From contig NW_025215330.1 of assembly GCF_004010195.1 (NCBI RefSeq), positions 44,821-91,357 of the forward strand: a DNA stretch of 46,537 nucleotides, written 5' to 3'. This stretch comes from Chiloscyllium plagiosum. Lineage: Eukaryota. The notes below the pieces were generated by a model. That model did not search any database. It had not been told where the DNA came from and saw only the letters and a program-made list of their open reading frames with translations. Of the stretch, positions 35,400-46,537 are shown one piece after another. The position numbers and the translations under genes were made by a program. The first letter of the stretch is position 1. The number at the start of each line of letters is the position of its first letter.

Positions 35400-35783
35400 T
35401 GAGAAATTATGAATTCAAAATCATGGGGCCTGAACAGAGTACACAGGGAGGAACTACTCCTGACAGTGGAAGGATCAAGAACCAGGAGAGAAGAGGTCCA
35501 AAATAATGACAAAGGAAGCAATAATTACATGAAGAAAATACTTCTCATGCAACATGTAGTTGGGATCTGGAATGCACTCCCTGAGAAAGTGCGTTAAGAG
35601 GCGGGTTCAATCAAGGATTTCAACAGGATTTGGATTTTGTGAAAAGAACAAACATTTTTGCAGGGCTATGGAGAAGAGGTATAGGAGTATCACTTGGTGA
35701 ATTGCTCCTCAAAGGGATAGCACAGATTTAAGAGACAGAATGGTCCACTTTTGTACTGTAAACATTCTACGATTCTATGATTC
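35400..35783 (+). mobile_element. Decayed CR1-like 3' end
   Basis: ORF 35409-35597 ends VVGIWNALPEKV. Terminal ttctacgattctatga. Confidence 0.7.
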
Positions 35784-36374
35784 ACCATAATCACAGTTAG
35801 AGATGTTGTTTGTGGCTTTGGTTAGAGTAATTAGAGTGCTGTGCCAGAGAAAAATCTTGATAGGAAAGATTAAAATATGATAATGCGTAATTTTGTATGG
35901 ACTAGTATCTGCAGAGAAACCCAAAACCATTTTTTCCAAGCCAAACAATCAAGATATTTATTACAATGTATATTCTGTCTTCCTGAAGGGCAAGTTTACT
36001 TACCAAAATCGAGGAGTTTATACTCATTAATAGTTAAAAGTTGACAGATTTGCTATCAGAAATATCACATTGTAAATGAAAAAAATGCTTTAGGCTATTG
36101 TATTTTGTATTACAATTGTGATAGCAGTGACCTTGAAACTTCATTGGGCAATTCTAGTTAATAGTTGAAATTGTGACCATAAAATATGCAGCTTTAAATC
36201 AGTGTGGATGAACAAAGTTCTTTCAGAAAAAATGGTCTTTTCTGACTACTTATAAAAGCTAACCAGGCAAGCTGTGAGCAGATTTCTGACTAATAGCAAC
36301 ATACCAAAACTGCAGCCTAAAATTTATCACCATATCCTTAGGTAAGGTTCAAGTGGCTTCATAATGTTATGCAA

Positions 36375-36630
36375 AAGGAGGATTGGCAGGAAATGCAGTG
36401 GGAACTGGAGGGATTTGTACAGATAACGAGGTTAAGAAGGATAGTAGAAGGTTAGAGGAAATGAGGTGCTGTACAACAGGATGGACGAATGCTGCGGGGA
36501 CTGGAGAAGGTTGCAGTGATATCATGTGCTGCCGAGTGTGGAGGAAGGTACACAGCTGGGCAGGTTGGTAAGGGCTGGAGGATGTTGCAGAGACAGGGTG
36601 GGCTGTAGGTACTGGACAAGAGGACAGAGA
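36375..36630. repeat. Degenerate purine-rich tandem repeat (~35-40 bp, ctggaggaggttacagagatagggaggg-like)
   Basis: ctggaggga/ctggagaag/gtggaggaag/ctggaggat followed by (t)acag recurs. Confidence 0.45.
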
Positions 36631-36647
36631 TAAGTTTATAAAAAAAT

Positions 36648-36930
36648 GGGGCAGCACGGTGGCTCAGTGGTTACCACTGCTGCCTCACAGCGCAGGGACC
36701 AGAGTTTGATTCCAGCCTCAGGCGACTGTTTGCACATTCTCCCAGTGTCTGCATGGGTTTCCTCCCACAGTCCAAAGATGTACAGGTCAGGTGAATTGGC
36801 CATTTTAGATTGTCCATAGTGTTAGATGCATTAGTCAGGGGAAATGGTTCTGGGTGGGTTACTCTTTGGAGATTGGGTGTGGGCTTGTTGGGCCAAAGGG
36901 TCTATTTACACACTGTAGGCAATCTAATCT
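36648..36930 (+). mobile_element. Older diverged HE1-like V-SINE
   Basis: gggcagcacggtggctcagtggtta...gggtttcctcccacagtccaaagatg...gggccaaagggtct...aatctaatct. Confidence 0.88.
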
Positions 36931-37124
36931 CTTCCCTCCTTCTAGGGTGGATGCTGGGAATAAGTATTTCACCCTAGCTCTATGTCTGCACTAAACATTA
37001 ATAATGTTGCAGAGCATAGAATCTACAACTCACTGAAACCTTACAATGTGGTGCATGGAGGTGATAGAGTGATCCACTTCCACCACCAAAGCTTTGACCA
37101 TTTGAGAACTATTTTGTATTTAAC

Positions 37125-37265
37125 TTACTCATGGAATTGCTGGCTAGGCCAGCATTTATTGCCTATCCCCAGCTGCCTTCTTGAACTGTTGCAGATGATG
37201 TGCTGTAGGTAGAGGGGAAATTCCAGGATTTTATCCCAACAATTGAAAGAATAGCAATATATTTC
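37125..37265 (-). mobile_element. L2/CR1-group LINE 3' tail fragment
   Basis: gctggctaggccagcatttattgcctatccc...gctgccttcttgaactg, same family as 5590-5858. Confidence 0.6.
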
Positions 37266-37395
37266 TAACGCCGAGCTGGGAATTTGTGTTGCAGACGTTT
37301 CATCCCCTGTCTCGGTGACATCCTCAGTGCTTGGGAGCCTCCTGTGAAGCGCTTCTGTGATCTTTCCTCTGGCATTTGTAGTGGTTTGAATCTGT
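37266..37395 (-). mobile_element. Penelope-like terminal-repeat fragment (family C) with a hammerhead motif at 37291-37330
   Basis: The minus strand reads gca-CTGAGGA-tgtcaccgagacaggggat-GAAA-CGTC-tgc: core intact, stem I gca/tgc, stem II imperfect. Confidence 0.65.
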
Positions 37396-38750
37396 CAGAT
37401 CAGACACCACGCACACAAGTTCGCCATGCTAAACCTGACCGGCCCCACCTTCTCCTTGATCCTTCTTGTATTCCTGGCGGATGAGCCTTTTCCATGCCTA
37501 CTCACCCCAGCTCTCCTCATTCCATTTCTGAGCTCTTTTTTACAGCTTGTAATCCTCTGAAGCTGTGCTAGATCCTTGCTTCCTCCACCTTACGGAAAGT
37601 GTCTTCTTTCTTTTGATGAGAATCACCTCTGTTCTCGTCATTCAAGGCTCCTTAATCTTACTCCTTCTTGCCTGTTTCAGAGGAATAAATTTATGCATCA
37701 CTCGCACCAACTGCACCTTAAACTTTCTCCACATGGCTATTGTGCCCTTTCTGTGGAACAATTGCACACAATCTGCATTTTCCAACTCCTGTCTGATAGC
37801 GTCATAATTTACTTTTCCCCAATTAAATATATTTCCATTGTAACAGCTCCTTTTCCCTTCCGTGGCTATGGTAAATCTGAGGCAGTTGTGATCACTGTCA
37901 CCAAAGTTTTCTCCATTGCTCATTGCCGTGCACCAAATCCAATATTGCCTCTCCCCTTGTTGGCCTGTCTATATACTGAGTAAGGAAACCCTCCGGAACA
38001 CAGACAAAAAACGGCTTCATTCAAACCATCTGAATGAAGGAGGTTCCAGTCAATATTGGGAAAGTTGAAGTCGCCCATAACAACAACCCTGCTCCATCTG
38101 CATTTTTCCAACATCTGCCGGCCTTTGAGTTCTTTGATCTCCCTCCTGCAAGTTGGGGGTCTACAAAAAAAAAGATGATTAGGTAGCTGCTCATTTGCAG
38201 TTCCTAACTTCCACCCATACTCACTCAGTGGACAAGCCTTCCTCGACAATCTTCATTTCAGTAGCTGTGATGCATTCAATGATTAGCAATGCTACACCCT
38301 CTCCACTTTTTCCACTCTGCGTGTTCTTTTTAAAAGTTCTAAATCCTGGAACATGTAGCAATCATTCCTGCCTCTGTGCAATGCATGTCTCCGTTATGGC
38401 CACAACATAGAGTCCCAAGTACTGATCCAATCTATACGTTGATCAATCTTATTTCTGACACTCTTTGCGTTTAAGCAGACACACTTTAACCAATCCCTTT
38501 GTTTCATTGCATGAAAAACCTTCCTGATAGATTCACTACATCGTGTCACTGCCTCATCTACAATACCCCCCTCTCAGATATGTAACTCTGGTTCCCAGTC
38601 CCCTCCTGAACCACAAGATCAAATCGCATACACAGGAGATGTGTGCCCCTCCAGTTCAGCTGCAACTCGTCTTTCAGATACATGTCGCACCTTGATGAGA
38701 AGGCAACCCAATGGTCTAAATACCTGAAGATCTCTCTGCTCATCGACACT
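37396..38750 (-). mobile_element. Decayed CR1-like LINE: ORF1 C-terminus, APE endonuclease and linker
   Basis: 38558-38767 FRYLDHW...YLKDELQLNWRGTHLL resembles the DGLHL motif of CR1 ORF1 esterase. 37920-38249 has VVMGDFNFPNIDW. 37642-37923 has GDSDHNCLRF. Confidence 0.85.
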
Positions 38751-38754
38751 ACCA

Positions 38755-40890
38755 AGAATCTTCCCATTACTGCAGTACTTTTTATTCCTAGTACTCAATC
38801 CAAACTAAATCACTTCACACGTTTCCCCATTAAATTTCATTTGCCACCATTCAGCCCGTCTCTGCAGGTTTATCTAGGTCCCTCTGTAACCCATAACATT
38901 CTTCTGTACTATCTACAACTCTACTAACTTTAAATCTGCAAATTTAGTATCCTAGTCATTTAGACTCCACTCAAGTCGTTCACAAACATCAGTGAACCCA
39001 AAACAGATACTTGAGGTACACCACGAATAACTGAATTCCAGGGAGAACATTTCACATCAACCACCACTTTCTATCTTTTTTCAGCTAGCCGATGTCTGAC
39101 CCAAACGGCTAAATCACACTCAATCCAATGCCACCAAATTTTGTGCAATAGCCTACCGTGTGGAACTTTACAAAAACCCTCCTGAAATCCATAAACACCA
39201 CATCAACCTCTTTACCCTCATCCACCGGTTGGTCACCTTCTCAATACACTCATAAGGTATGTGAGGCACGGCCGATATTTCACAAAATCGTGTTGACTCT
39301 CCTGAGTCAACTTACTCCTTTCAAGATGATTATAAATCCTGTCTGTTGGACCCTTTTCTAACACTTTACCAGAACAGAAGTGAGGCTTAGTGGTCGATCA
39401 AAACCAGCATTTTCTGTACTCCCCTTCTGGTACAAGGGGACAACACTTGCTCTCCTTCAGTCTTCGGGCACGTTTCCTGCAGACAATGACGACATAAATT
39501 TCAACACGAAAAGCTCTGTGGTCTCCTCCCTTATTTCTCAGAGACTCCGAGGGCAAATCCCAAATGGGCTCAGTGGGCTTATTTATTTTCACACTTTCCA
39601 AAATTGCTAACATCTCCTCCTTGTGAACCTCAATCCCATCCACTCTAGTAGCCTGTATCTCAGTATTCTCCTTGACAAAATGTTTCTTTTCCAGTGTGAA
39701 TGCTGATGAAAATTATTCATTTAGCGATTTCACTGTCTCCTCTGACTTGACACAATTTCCCACGACTACCCTTGATTGGCTCTAAACTTACTCTGGTCAT
39801 TCTTTTATTCCTGATACACGCCGAGAAAGATTGAGGATTTTTCTCGATCCTACCTGCTAACAACGTCTCAAGTTCCCCACTCCCCCTCCCCCCTGATTCT
39901 TCATAGCTCTCTCTTTAGGTTTTTTTCTGCCTAACATGTAACTCTCAAGCGCAGTAACCCAGCCTCCCCGTCTCAGCCGAACAGAAGCCTTCTTCTTCCT
40001 CTTTCAGGAGATTCAACTTCTTTCATGAACCACTGCTCCCTCGCTCGGCCACTTCCTTCCTGCTTGACAGGTACATAGGTATTAAGGACACGCAGTAGCT
40101 GTTCCTTGAATCAGCCACAAATTTTAATTGTGCCATTCTCTAAAGTTTCCTTCCCCATTCTATCATCCTAAATCTTGCATAATCCTGTCATGATTGGCTT
40201 TACCCCAGTAATAACTTTTGCTCTGCTGTATATATCTATCCCTTTCCATCACAAAGATAAACAGAAACAAATTGTTGTCACTTTCAGCAAAGTGCTCACC
40301 TGCCGTAAAATCTAAAACTTGGCCAGGTTTAAATCCAGTACCAAATTCAACGTGGCGTCGCACCTTCTTGGCCTGTTTACACACGGTGTCAGCAAACACA
40401 CCTGTACGCATTGAACAAAAATTGACCGATTTAATGTTTCGAACTATTGTATTTCCAGTAAATATTTGGAATGTTAAAGACTCCCATGACAACAACCATC
40501 CAGAATTATTTTTGCCATCCTCCCTTCTACATCTCTGGAACTATTCGGAGGTCCATAGAAAACCTCCAACAGGGTGAATGTTTCTTTCTTGTTTCTAACC
40601 TTAGCCAATAATACCTCAGCAGGTGATTCCTCAACCATTTTCTGTCCTACCGTAATGCTGTTCTTGACGAACAATGCCACCCCCCCTCCTTTTACCATCT
40701 TCTTTGTTTTTACAAAACAACGAAACTCTGGAACCTGTTACAGCCATTCCTGTCCCTCTTAGATCCATATCTCTGCAATGGCCACAACATCAAAATCCCA
40801 GTTGAATACCTATACTGCCTGTTTACTCACCTTACCCATGATGCCCCTGGCGCTGGCGTAGACACACTTTAAACCACTTTCCTTCTTGCC
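38755..40890 (-). mobile_element. Second decayed CR1-like LINE (APE through RT)
   Basis: KGGGVALFVK...FYGPPNS (40474-40698), ESDNNL (40163-40495), EEMLAILESVKINK (39398-39643). Many stops and frameshifts. Confidence 0.85.
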
Positions 40891-40959
40891 GGTGCACACT
40901 TGCAACCTTGAAACCATATTTCTCACATCACTTAAACCATATTTCTCACATCATTTAAA

Positions 40960-43644
40960 ATGAATAGGGAGGGAGCAAAGAGGAGGGGGTGTAGCACTAC
41001 TAATCAGAGAGGGTATCACAGCTACAGAAGCTTCCAAAGTCGAGGAAGATCTGCCTACCGAGTCAGTATGGGTGGAAATTAGGAACAGCAAGGGAGCAGT
41101 CCCCTCGTTAGGAGTTTAGTACAGCCCCCCCAATAGCAGCAGGGAGATGGAAGAAAACATAAGTCGGTAGATTTTGGCAAAAGAGTGGACGTAGTAGGGT
41201 TGTTGTAATGGGTGACTCTAACTTTCCAAATATTTTTTGGAACCTCCTTTGAGTAGAAGATTTGAATGGAGCTGTTTTTGTAAGGTGTGTTCAGGAGGGT
41301 TTCCGAATTCAGTACGTTGATAGGCTGACGAGGGGAGAGGCCATTCTCGACTTGGTGCTCGGAAACGAGCCGGGGCAGGTATCAGATCTTGTGGTGGGAG
41401 AGCTTTTTTGGGATAATGACCACAACTGCCTCACATTCAACATAGCTATGGAGAGGGAGCAGATTAGGCAAATCTGGAGGATATTTAATTGCGGAAGAGG
41501 AAACTATGATGCGATTAGACATGAGTTAGGAAGCATGGATTGGGAGAAATTGTTCCATGGTAAAGGCACTATAGACATGTGGAGACTGTTTAGGGAACAA
41601 TTGTTGCAAGTGATGAATAAATATGTCCCTCTGAGACAGGCAAGAAGTGGTAAGACAAAGGCACCTTGGATGTCGATAGCGGTGGAGCTTCTCATCAAAA
41701 GGAAAAAGGTAGCTTACATAAGCTGGAAGAAGCTAGGGTCAAGCTCAGCTCTACAGGATTGCAGGCAGGCGAGGAAGGAGCTCAAAAATGGTCTGAGGAG
41801 AGCCAGGAGGGGGCACGAGAAAGTCTTAGAGGAACGGATTAGGAAGAACACAAAGGGATTTTACACTTATGTGAGGAATAAGAGAATGGTCAAAGAAAGA
41901 GTAGGGCCGATCACGGATAGCATAGGGAACTTGTGTGTGGAATCTGAGGAGGTAGGGGAAGCCCTAAATGAGTTTTTTGCTTCAGTCTTTACGACAGAAA
42001 CGAACTTTGTAGTGAATGAAACCTTTGAAGAGCAGGTGTGCATGCTGGAATGGATAGAGATAGAGGAAGCTGATGTGCTGAAAATTTTGTCAAACATTAA
42101 GATTGACAAGTCGCCATGCCCGGACCAGATTTGTCCTCGACTGCTTTTGGAAACGAGAAATGCAATTACTTCGCCACTTGCGAAGATCTTTGCATCCTTG
42201 CTCTCACTGGAGTTGTACCTGAGGACTGGAGAGAGCTAAATGTAATTCCTCTCTTCAAGAAAGGAGATAGGGAAATCCCCGGCAATTACAGACCAGTAAG
42301 TCTCACGTCTGTCGTCTGCAAGGTGTTAGAAAGGATTCTGAGGAATATGATTTATGACCATCTGGAAAAGCATGGCTTGATTAAATGCAGTAGACACGGC
42401 TTTGTGAGGGGCAGGTCATGCCTCACAAACCTTATCGAGTTCTTCGAGGATGTGACTAGAAAAGATGATGAGGGTCGAGCTGTGGATGTGGTGTATGTGG
42501 ACTTCAGCAAGGCATTTCATAAGGTTCCCATGGTAGACTCATTCAGAAGGTCAGGTGGAATGAGATACAGGGGAACTTAGATGTCTCGATACAGAATTGG
42601 CTGGCCAACAGAAGACAGCGAGTGGTAGTAGAAGGAAAATATTCTGCCTGGAAGTCAGTGGTGAGTGGTGTTCCACAGGGCTCTGTCCTTGGGCCTCTAC
42701 TGTTTGTAATTTTTATTCATGACTTGGATGAGAGGATTGAAGGATGGGTCAGCAAATTTTCAGACGACTCAAAGGTTGCAGGTGTCGTTGACAGTATAGA
42801 GGGCTTTTGTAGGCTGTAGCGGGACATTGACAGGATGCAGAGATGGGCTGAGAGGTGGAAGATGGAGTTCAACCTGGATAAATGCGAGGTGATGCATTTT
42901 CGAAGGTCGAATTAGAAAGATGAGTACAGGATTAAGGATAGGATTCTTGGCAGTGTGAAGGAACAGATGGATCTTGGTGTGCAAGTACACAGATCCCTTA
43001 AAATGGCCACCAAAGTGGACAGGGTTGTTAGGAAAGCATGTGGTTCTGGCTTTCATTATCATGGGGATTGGGTTTAAGAGTCATGAGATCTTGTTGCAGC
43101 TCGAAAAACTTTGGTTAGACCGCACTTGGAATACTGCGTCCAGTTCTGGTCGACCTATTATAGAAAAGATGTGGATGCTTTGGAAAGGGTTCAGAGGAGG
43201 TTTACCAGGATGTTGCCTTGACTGGAGGGCTTATCTTATGAAGAGAGTTTGACTGAGCTCGGACTTTTTTCATTGGAGAGAAAGAGGAGGAAGGGGACCT
43301 AGTTGAGGTATAGAAGATAATGAGAGGCATAGATAGAGTCGACAGCCAGAGACTATTTCCCAGGGCAGAAATGACTAACACGAGGGGTCATAGTTTTAAG
43401 CTGGTTGGAGGAAAGTATAGAGGGGAAGTCAGAGGCAGGTTCTTTCCACAGGGACTTGTGAGAGCATGGAATGCGTTGCCAGCAGCAGTTATGGAAGCAA
43501 GGTCATTGGGGACATTTAAGAGACTACTAGACATGCATATGGTCACAGAAATATGAGGGTGCATGCATGAGGATCAATGGTCGGCACAACATCGTGGGCT
43601 GAAGGGCCTGTTCTATGCTGTACTGTTCCATGTTCTATGTTCTA
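40960..43644 (+). mobile_element. CR1-like LINE, near-complete but pseudogenised ORF2 (APE + RT) with 3' end
   Basis: ORF pieces 41262-42239 (TRGEAILDLVLGN, DNDHN), 42116-42580 (PLFKKGDREIPGNYRPVSLTSV, RSCLTNL, DVVYVDFSKAF), 42622-42819 ([21 protein letters not shown]) and 43320-43556 (TRGH, AWNALP). Tail gggctgaagggcctg...atgttctatgttcta. Confidence 0.95.
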
Positions 43645-43934
43645 CTAAATTCAACCTCCTGGACGCGAGAAGAACAATTTACGTTTCCATTTCCCTGCTG
43701 CAATACTTTAAACCATCCCAAATAGCGTGAGGTTTCTGGACATCAATATGTAAATCCCAGAATTTCTTTTAAGTCACAGTCTCGAGACAACTTGAGATTT
43801 GAGATGGGAAGTGTTAATAGGGATATGGATCAAATGCAGGCAGTTGGGAGAAGCTGAGAGAGCACCATGATATGCATGGACCAGTCTGAGCTGAAGAGCT
43901 TGTTTCATACTGAATTTCTCTATAACTTGACTTT

Positions 43935-44315
43935 GTCCTTCAGTTCACCTCTGGAATTCAACCGTTTTTCAGATTGTGAATCAAATTTGTAGCAAACTCA
44001 GGATCTGGGTGGTACTGGAAGAACCCAATGTGGCCGTCGCTGAGCGGGTAATTGCTGAGCAGATGCGGCTTGATGGCACTGTTGATGACATCTTTCATCA
44101 CGTTACTGATGATTGAAAACAGACTGATGGAGGCGAAATTGGCCAGGTTGTATTTGTCCTGTGTTATTGTGCTGAATATACGTCGGCGATTACCCACACT
44201 GTCGGTAGATGCCAGTGCCGTACTGGTACTGAAATATCTTGGCTTGGCAGGTGTCAAGTTCCAGAGCGCACGTCGTGAGTATTATTGCCAGAATGTCGGT
44301 AGCATCCAGAACTTT
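43935..44315 (-). mobile_element. Decayed L2/CR1-group LINE RT fragment
   Basis: QDKYNLANFASISLFSIISNVMKDVINSAIKPHLLSN..LSDGHIGF is a degenerate NYRPISLLS..SKVME...QFGF motif. Confidence 0.7.
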
Positions 44316-44374
44316 ACACTATTTGTTCATTTCTTTGTTATTATTTGAAGTGATGGCGACTCAGCGTCAGCTAC

Positions 44375-44431
44375 CTCAGGCGGCAGAGCATAAATCTGAA
44401 GGTGTGAAATCGAGCGCCACGCTCGGTACAT
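44375..44431 (-). CDS. Tentative ALDH6A1 coding exon 1 candidate
   Basis: ATG...GAG|gtagct encodes MYRAWRSISHLQIYALPPE, phase 0 as exon 2 requires. Arg/Ser-rich start in a CpG-containing patch. The donor is weak and homology is not established. Confidence 0.25.
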
Positions 44432-44504
44432 TCATTTTACAGCTTAGTTTTCCTAGTTGGATCCCAGCTCTCCATTCCACTGTCAATGTCACCAGCCAAA
44501 ACAT

Positions 44505-44622
44505 GCTCTCTCTTGCTCTCTATCTCTCACTCTCTCTCTGTCTCTCTCTCTGTCCCACACCCCCTGTCTCTGGTGCTCTCTCTCTTTCTCTCTCTCTCTC
44601 GCTATCTCTTTCTCTCTGTTTC
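44505..44622. repeat. Imperfect (CT)n microsatellite
   Basis: Visible CT runs. Confidence 0.85.
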
Positions 44623-44842
44623 CTGTTTCGAGTGAAAACTGTCCCCGCTTCACTAGAAATGCTAGAGACAAGTTTGTAGGTGTACCCGAATGTAAAATGC
44701 AAGGTATCCCCTTCAAGGGTGCAGGTTCCACTCCAAAACTGCAGCAAGCAGAATGTCCAGAGTCGCAAAATGAGAATGATTACTTCACCACGCTGCCCCC
44801 ACTACCCTCTATATCTGCAGCTTCCCTTACACTCAAAACCTG

Positions 44843-44920
44843 GTCCCGAAGAAGGGTTACACCCGAAAGGTCGACGTCTCCACCTCCTGATGCGGCCTGG
44901 TTTAGTGTGTTCTTCCAGGC
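44843..44920 (+). mobile_element. Diverged family-B-like Penelope terminal-repeat fragment with a broken hammerhead core
   Basis: ccgaagaagggttacacccgaaaggtcgac.tctccacctcctgatgcggcctgg...tgtgttcttccag parallels 5023-5100. Confidence 0.55.
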
Positions 44921-45499
44921 TCTTGCCTGTCTATTTTGTATTCCATCTTCTGTCGTTTTTGTTTTATTGTATTAACGGAATTAGAATGGCCGCTTCCTGA
45001 GGGGGGACTAACAGTGACGGCTGCATCCCAAATGGAGCTGAACTAGAATTAACTGATTCAGAAGGTTCCGATACAAAGCGACGGGAACTCTCCCCGAACG
45101 TGACGCAGTTCACACGGAAAGTAGTCTTCTTTTGTGACTGTGTGGGTTTACACAATGAACGGTTTATTCTCCGAGACGGAAGGACAGGATTACGAGGTTT
45201 CAGTGTGAGGCAGAAGTGACCTGGGGAACGGGGAAATCAAACATTCCCACAGTGGAGAGAGCTGATTGATCCACACACCCTCTCGCATCTTCTGTTTCTG
45301 AAACAAAACCCGAAATTGCTGTAAATTCCCAGCAGGCCTGGCAGCATCTTGGAAAGGAAAGCAGAGTTAACGTATGGGGGGCAGTGATGCTTGTGATTTC
45401 ACATCCATCTCCCTCTGCCTTTCAGCACCCTCCAATTTTGCTTGAATCTCTCGTGTCTGACACCTTCACACTGAGCTTCTCTTTCATTATTTCCCTTAT

Positions 45500-45870
45500 T
45501 TACCTCATAGAAGATTTTAAAATCACAACGGTCACACGTGGAGACAATAGTCAAGGATGTTTATTTCCTCAGGCAGGTGAGTTCAAAACTGGAGGGTTTA
45601 AGGTGAGAAGGGTAAAATGTAAAAGTGATCAGAGGGGCTTTTTCACATGAAGTTTGTGCGTGTGTGGAATAAACTTTCAGAGGAAGTTGCAGAGTCTGGT
45701 ACACTCACACCATTTCAACATTTGGATGGGTACATGGGTAGGAAGAATTGAGAGAGATATGGGGCGAGTAATGGCAAATATGGCAAGAATAATTTCGAAT
45801 ATCTGGACTGCATGGACGAATTGGACAGGAGGGCCTGTTCCTGTGCTCTGCACCTTTGTGATACTCCAAC
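45500..45870 (+). mobile_element. Decayed CR1-like 3' end
   Basis: tttcctcaggcaggtgagttcaaaactggaggg...gtgtggaataaacttt...ttggacaggagggcctgttcctgtgctctg follows the CR1 3' layout. Confidence 0.65.
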
Positions 45871-46238
45871 TGCTGAACACTGTCTTCAATAGATTGTTGG
45901 CAGGAGCGTTGGGCACCACGCACTGTGGTGTATTAATTTAGTGTGTTCGGCGGGTTTACCAGAAGGTCGATGTTTCCAAACTGCCCAAAACCGAAGGCTT
46001 TCCTAACTTTTGCTGTTGGAAGACCATTCTCCTTGCACATTGTCAACGTCTCAGTGAAAACTTTTGACTGCAGAAAATAACTCTGACCCAAATGTGAATG
46101 CTGTCTGTGAGACAGTTCGAGTGGTCTGGGTTACCAGCTGCTCAGACAAGTGGCAGAGAGCCAACTCCAAACCATGCTTCCAAACATACTGAAAGTGTTG
46201 AAGTAACATCAGAAAGAATATAATAACAGTGAATCATT

Positions 46239-46472
46239 AAAAGTGAAGATTACCAAATCCAGTCTCAATTAGATTAGATCGACAATGTGCTGGTGCTTCT
46301 ACCGGATCGAGAAGACAAGTCACCAGCCTCCCTCACCAGGACAGAAATGGAGGAAAAAAGTGAAGATACCAAATCCAGTCTCAATTAGATTAGATCGACA
46401 ATGTGCTGGTGCTTCCACCGGATCGAGAAGACAAGTCACCAGCCTCCCTCACCAGGACAGAAATGGAGGAAA
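46239..46472. repeat. Near-perfect tandem duplication, 2 x ~117 bp
   Basis: accaaatccagtctcaattagattagatcgac begins at 46252 and 46368. The copies differ at about two positions. Confidence 0.92.
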
Positions 46473-46537
46473 TGAGAGAAATTTAACAAAGTTTCACATC
46501 ACAATTGCCCTCCCTTCCACCACAGTACCAAATAATA

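Noticed and set aside
36004..36027. ALDH6A1 exon 1 candidate MSINSSIL|gtaagt
   Set aside because: Good donor but very short, AT-rich, with no basic residues expected of a transit peptide and no promoter features.
41262..43556. Active CR1 or domesticated RT gene
   Set aside because: Multiple frameshifts and stops, and the 5' end is truncated.

Overview
Eukaryotic vertebrate genomic DNA, not prokaryotic. The HE1-like V-SINEs with their CR1/HER1-like LINE partners point to a cartilaginous fish, probably a shark (inferred from repeat families I recognise, no search run). The left half (1-23.1 kb) is almost entirely repetitive: a Tx1-type LINE RT fragment, two ~70-bp minisatellites, a nested 29-bp/~1-kb/~2.66-kb repeat, and an ~11.8-kb array of a 47-bp hairpin-forming satellite with a SINE inserted in it. 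After a 667-N gap, the right half carries six in-frame GT-AG exons of ALDH6A1 (methylmalonate-semialdehyde dehydrogenase, exons 2-7) on the minus strand. I could not find exons 8-12, and exon 1 is only tentative. Introns and flanks contain decayed CR1, L2-like and RTE LINEs and SINEs. The most notable signal is a set of short non-coding elements of three sequence families carrying minimal hammerhead-ribozyme cores (CUGANGA...GAAA plus a palindromic ACGU/AGCU stem III). Several are fold-back palindromes and two have 12-15-bp target-site duplications, consistent with Penelope-like/retrozyme-type insertions. Most listed ORFs are artefacts of repeats or gaps.
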